Of a DNA stretch of 53,648 nt, positions 52,344 to 53,648 are shown in pieces (the stretch's first letter is position 1; every line of letters begins with the position of its first letter). Source of the DNA: Trichinella spiralis (lineage: Eukaryota). The stretch is from contig NW_003526948.1 in assembly GCF_000181795.1 (NCBI RefSeq), positions 711,935-765,582 of the forward strand. The letters are read 5' to 3'. A model generated the notes under the pieces. It was not told the DNA's origin and ran no database searches. It worked only from the letters and a program-made list of their open reading frames with translations. A program made the position numbers and the translations under genes.

Positions 52344-53648
52344 TGTGTAATGTTTTTGAATAGTTAAACTTAAAGAAAAGAGAATAGTAGTCGTGCAAAA
52401 TTATTTAAAAAGCGAACTTTAAAGAAAACTTCGAAAACAATATCACAAAGATGAGTAAGAAGTGGCAAAAGTAGTCGAATGGCAGGCAACTTGTCTTAGC
52501 GGTTGCAGTTGCACGAATAAAAACGAGAATGACAAATGTGTTCGTTTGTTCCAGGCCTTCAAGCAAAAATTTTCTACTTTGTCAACAAATGTGGCCCACG
52601 CTTTGAACTTGGCAGCTGCTAAGATAGACTCAGTCGAGCAGTAAGCTGTAAGCCATAGTGCGCTTGCGTTTGGCTTAATGTGAATGTAAATACAACACAA
52701 CGGTTGATCGTGCATTTCGTCGTTTGAACTTCAGCTTTGCTGAAAGCCAACCTCTAAGCTTTAGGTCTGTTAATCTTTTATCCTGTTTGCACACCTGTTT
52801 TATCCTTGAAAAGTTTTTTAATGATTGCACAATGCTTAAACATTTGTTATTTTATGCTCTGCATTTATTTTTGATTAAATCTTTTTATTACTAAACAGTT
52901 GCTCGATTTGAAATGCAGATAATTTCATTTATAATTATTCACTGATTTATTCTAAAGTATGCAACAGCTTCCAATAGTTAGAAATTAATCAAAATCCTAG
53001 ATATTCAAAATCAACTTCATGAAATTCTATAAATACTTCTCAAAATATAAATTTATAACGTTGTGATGTAAAGCATCTTTTCTTAACAGACATATTAACT
53101 TAACGTCTCAAAGTTTAACTTTGAATTAAGTAAAAAAGGATTAGAGCACTGCATATTTATGCAAAAATATTTAATCTTCAAAATTTTAATGCTCGACGTA
53201 CTTAAGCATCTGCAAACATGAAATAGATTTTTGATTACATTTTTTACTTTGCACGGCAATGTATTTGATCACATTTTTCAAAATAATGAGAATCATGTTA
53301 CAGTTCATTCCAGCATCATTATATGTTCATCTATCGAATAATTATTTTGTTAGATTTGCATTATTATTATTTTGCTAATACTTCATATACTATTAGCATT
53401 GGGAAAACGTTGGCTTTTTTTGTTATATACTGCTAAATAATGAAAAATTAATAGTTTCTGGAAAGTTCCACGGCAAACAAAAGCGTACGTGTAGAATAAA
53501 TGGCCTCTGAAGTTGCCATGTGCCTATCTTAATACACAGGGAAGCGGCCCATTTGAAAATCCGTTGAAACGGATCGACGGTGGTTGAATTTTGATATAAA
53601 AATGTTTTTCGACTTTATAATGAGGTATTCGTTGAAACTGCCACGTTT

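Overview
AT-rich eukaryotic genomic DNA with many short GT-AG introns. The cuticle collagen, LECT-2 and candidate trans-splice acceptors point to a nematode. Trichinella or another clade I nematode is my inference, not proven. Spliced genes reconstructed by eye, in order: CstF-77 5' end (-), prohibitin-2 (-), Derlin-1 (+), a GluCl-like Cys-loop anion channel subunit (-), a ~9 kb regulatory desert with E-box-rich islands, a Scratch zinc-finger factor (+), MyoD/HLH-1 with two polyQ tracts (+), U2A' (-), TMEM222 (-), a secreted GM2-activator-like ML protein (+), a hAT-type MITE, a cuticle collagen (-), an intronless Taspase1 (-), CDC-48/p97 (+), a small orphan membrane ORF (+) and a two-domain LECT-2 (-). 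The top finding is invisible to the ORF track: PHB2 intron 4 holds a ~230-nt composite box C/D-H/ACA scaRNA of U85/U89 type. Its two guide elements precisely predict 2'-O-methylation of U5 snRNA C45 and pseudouridylation of U46.
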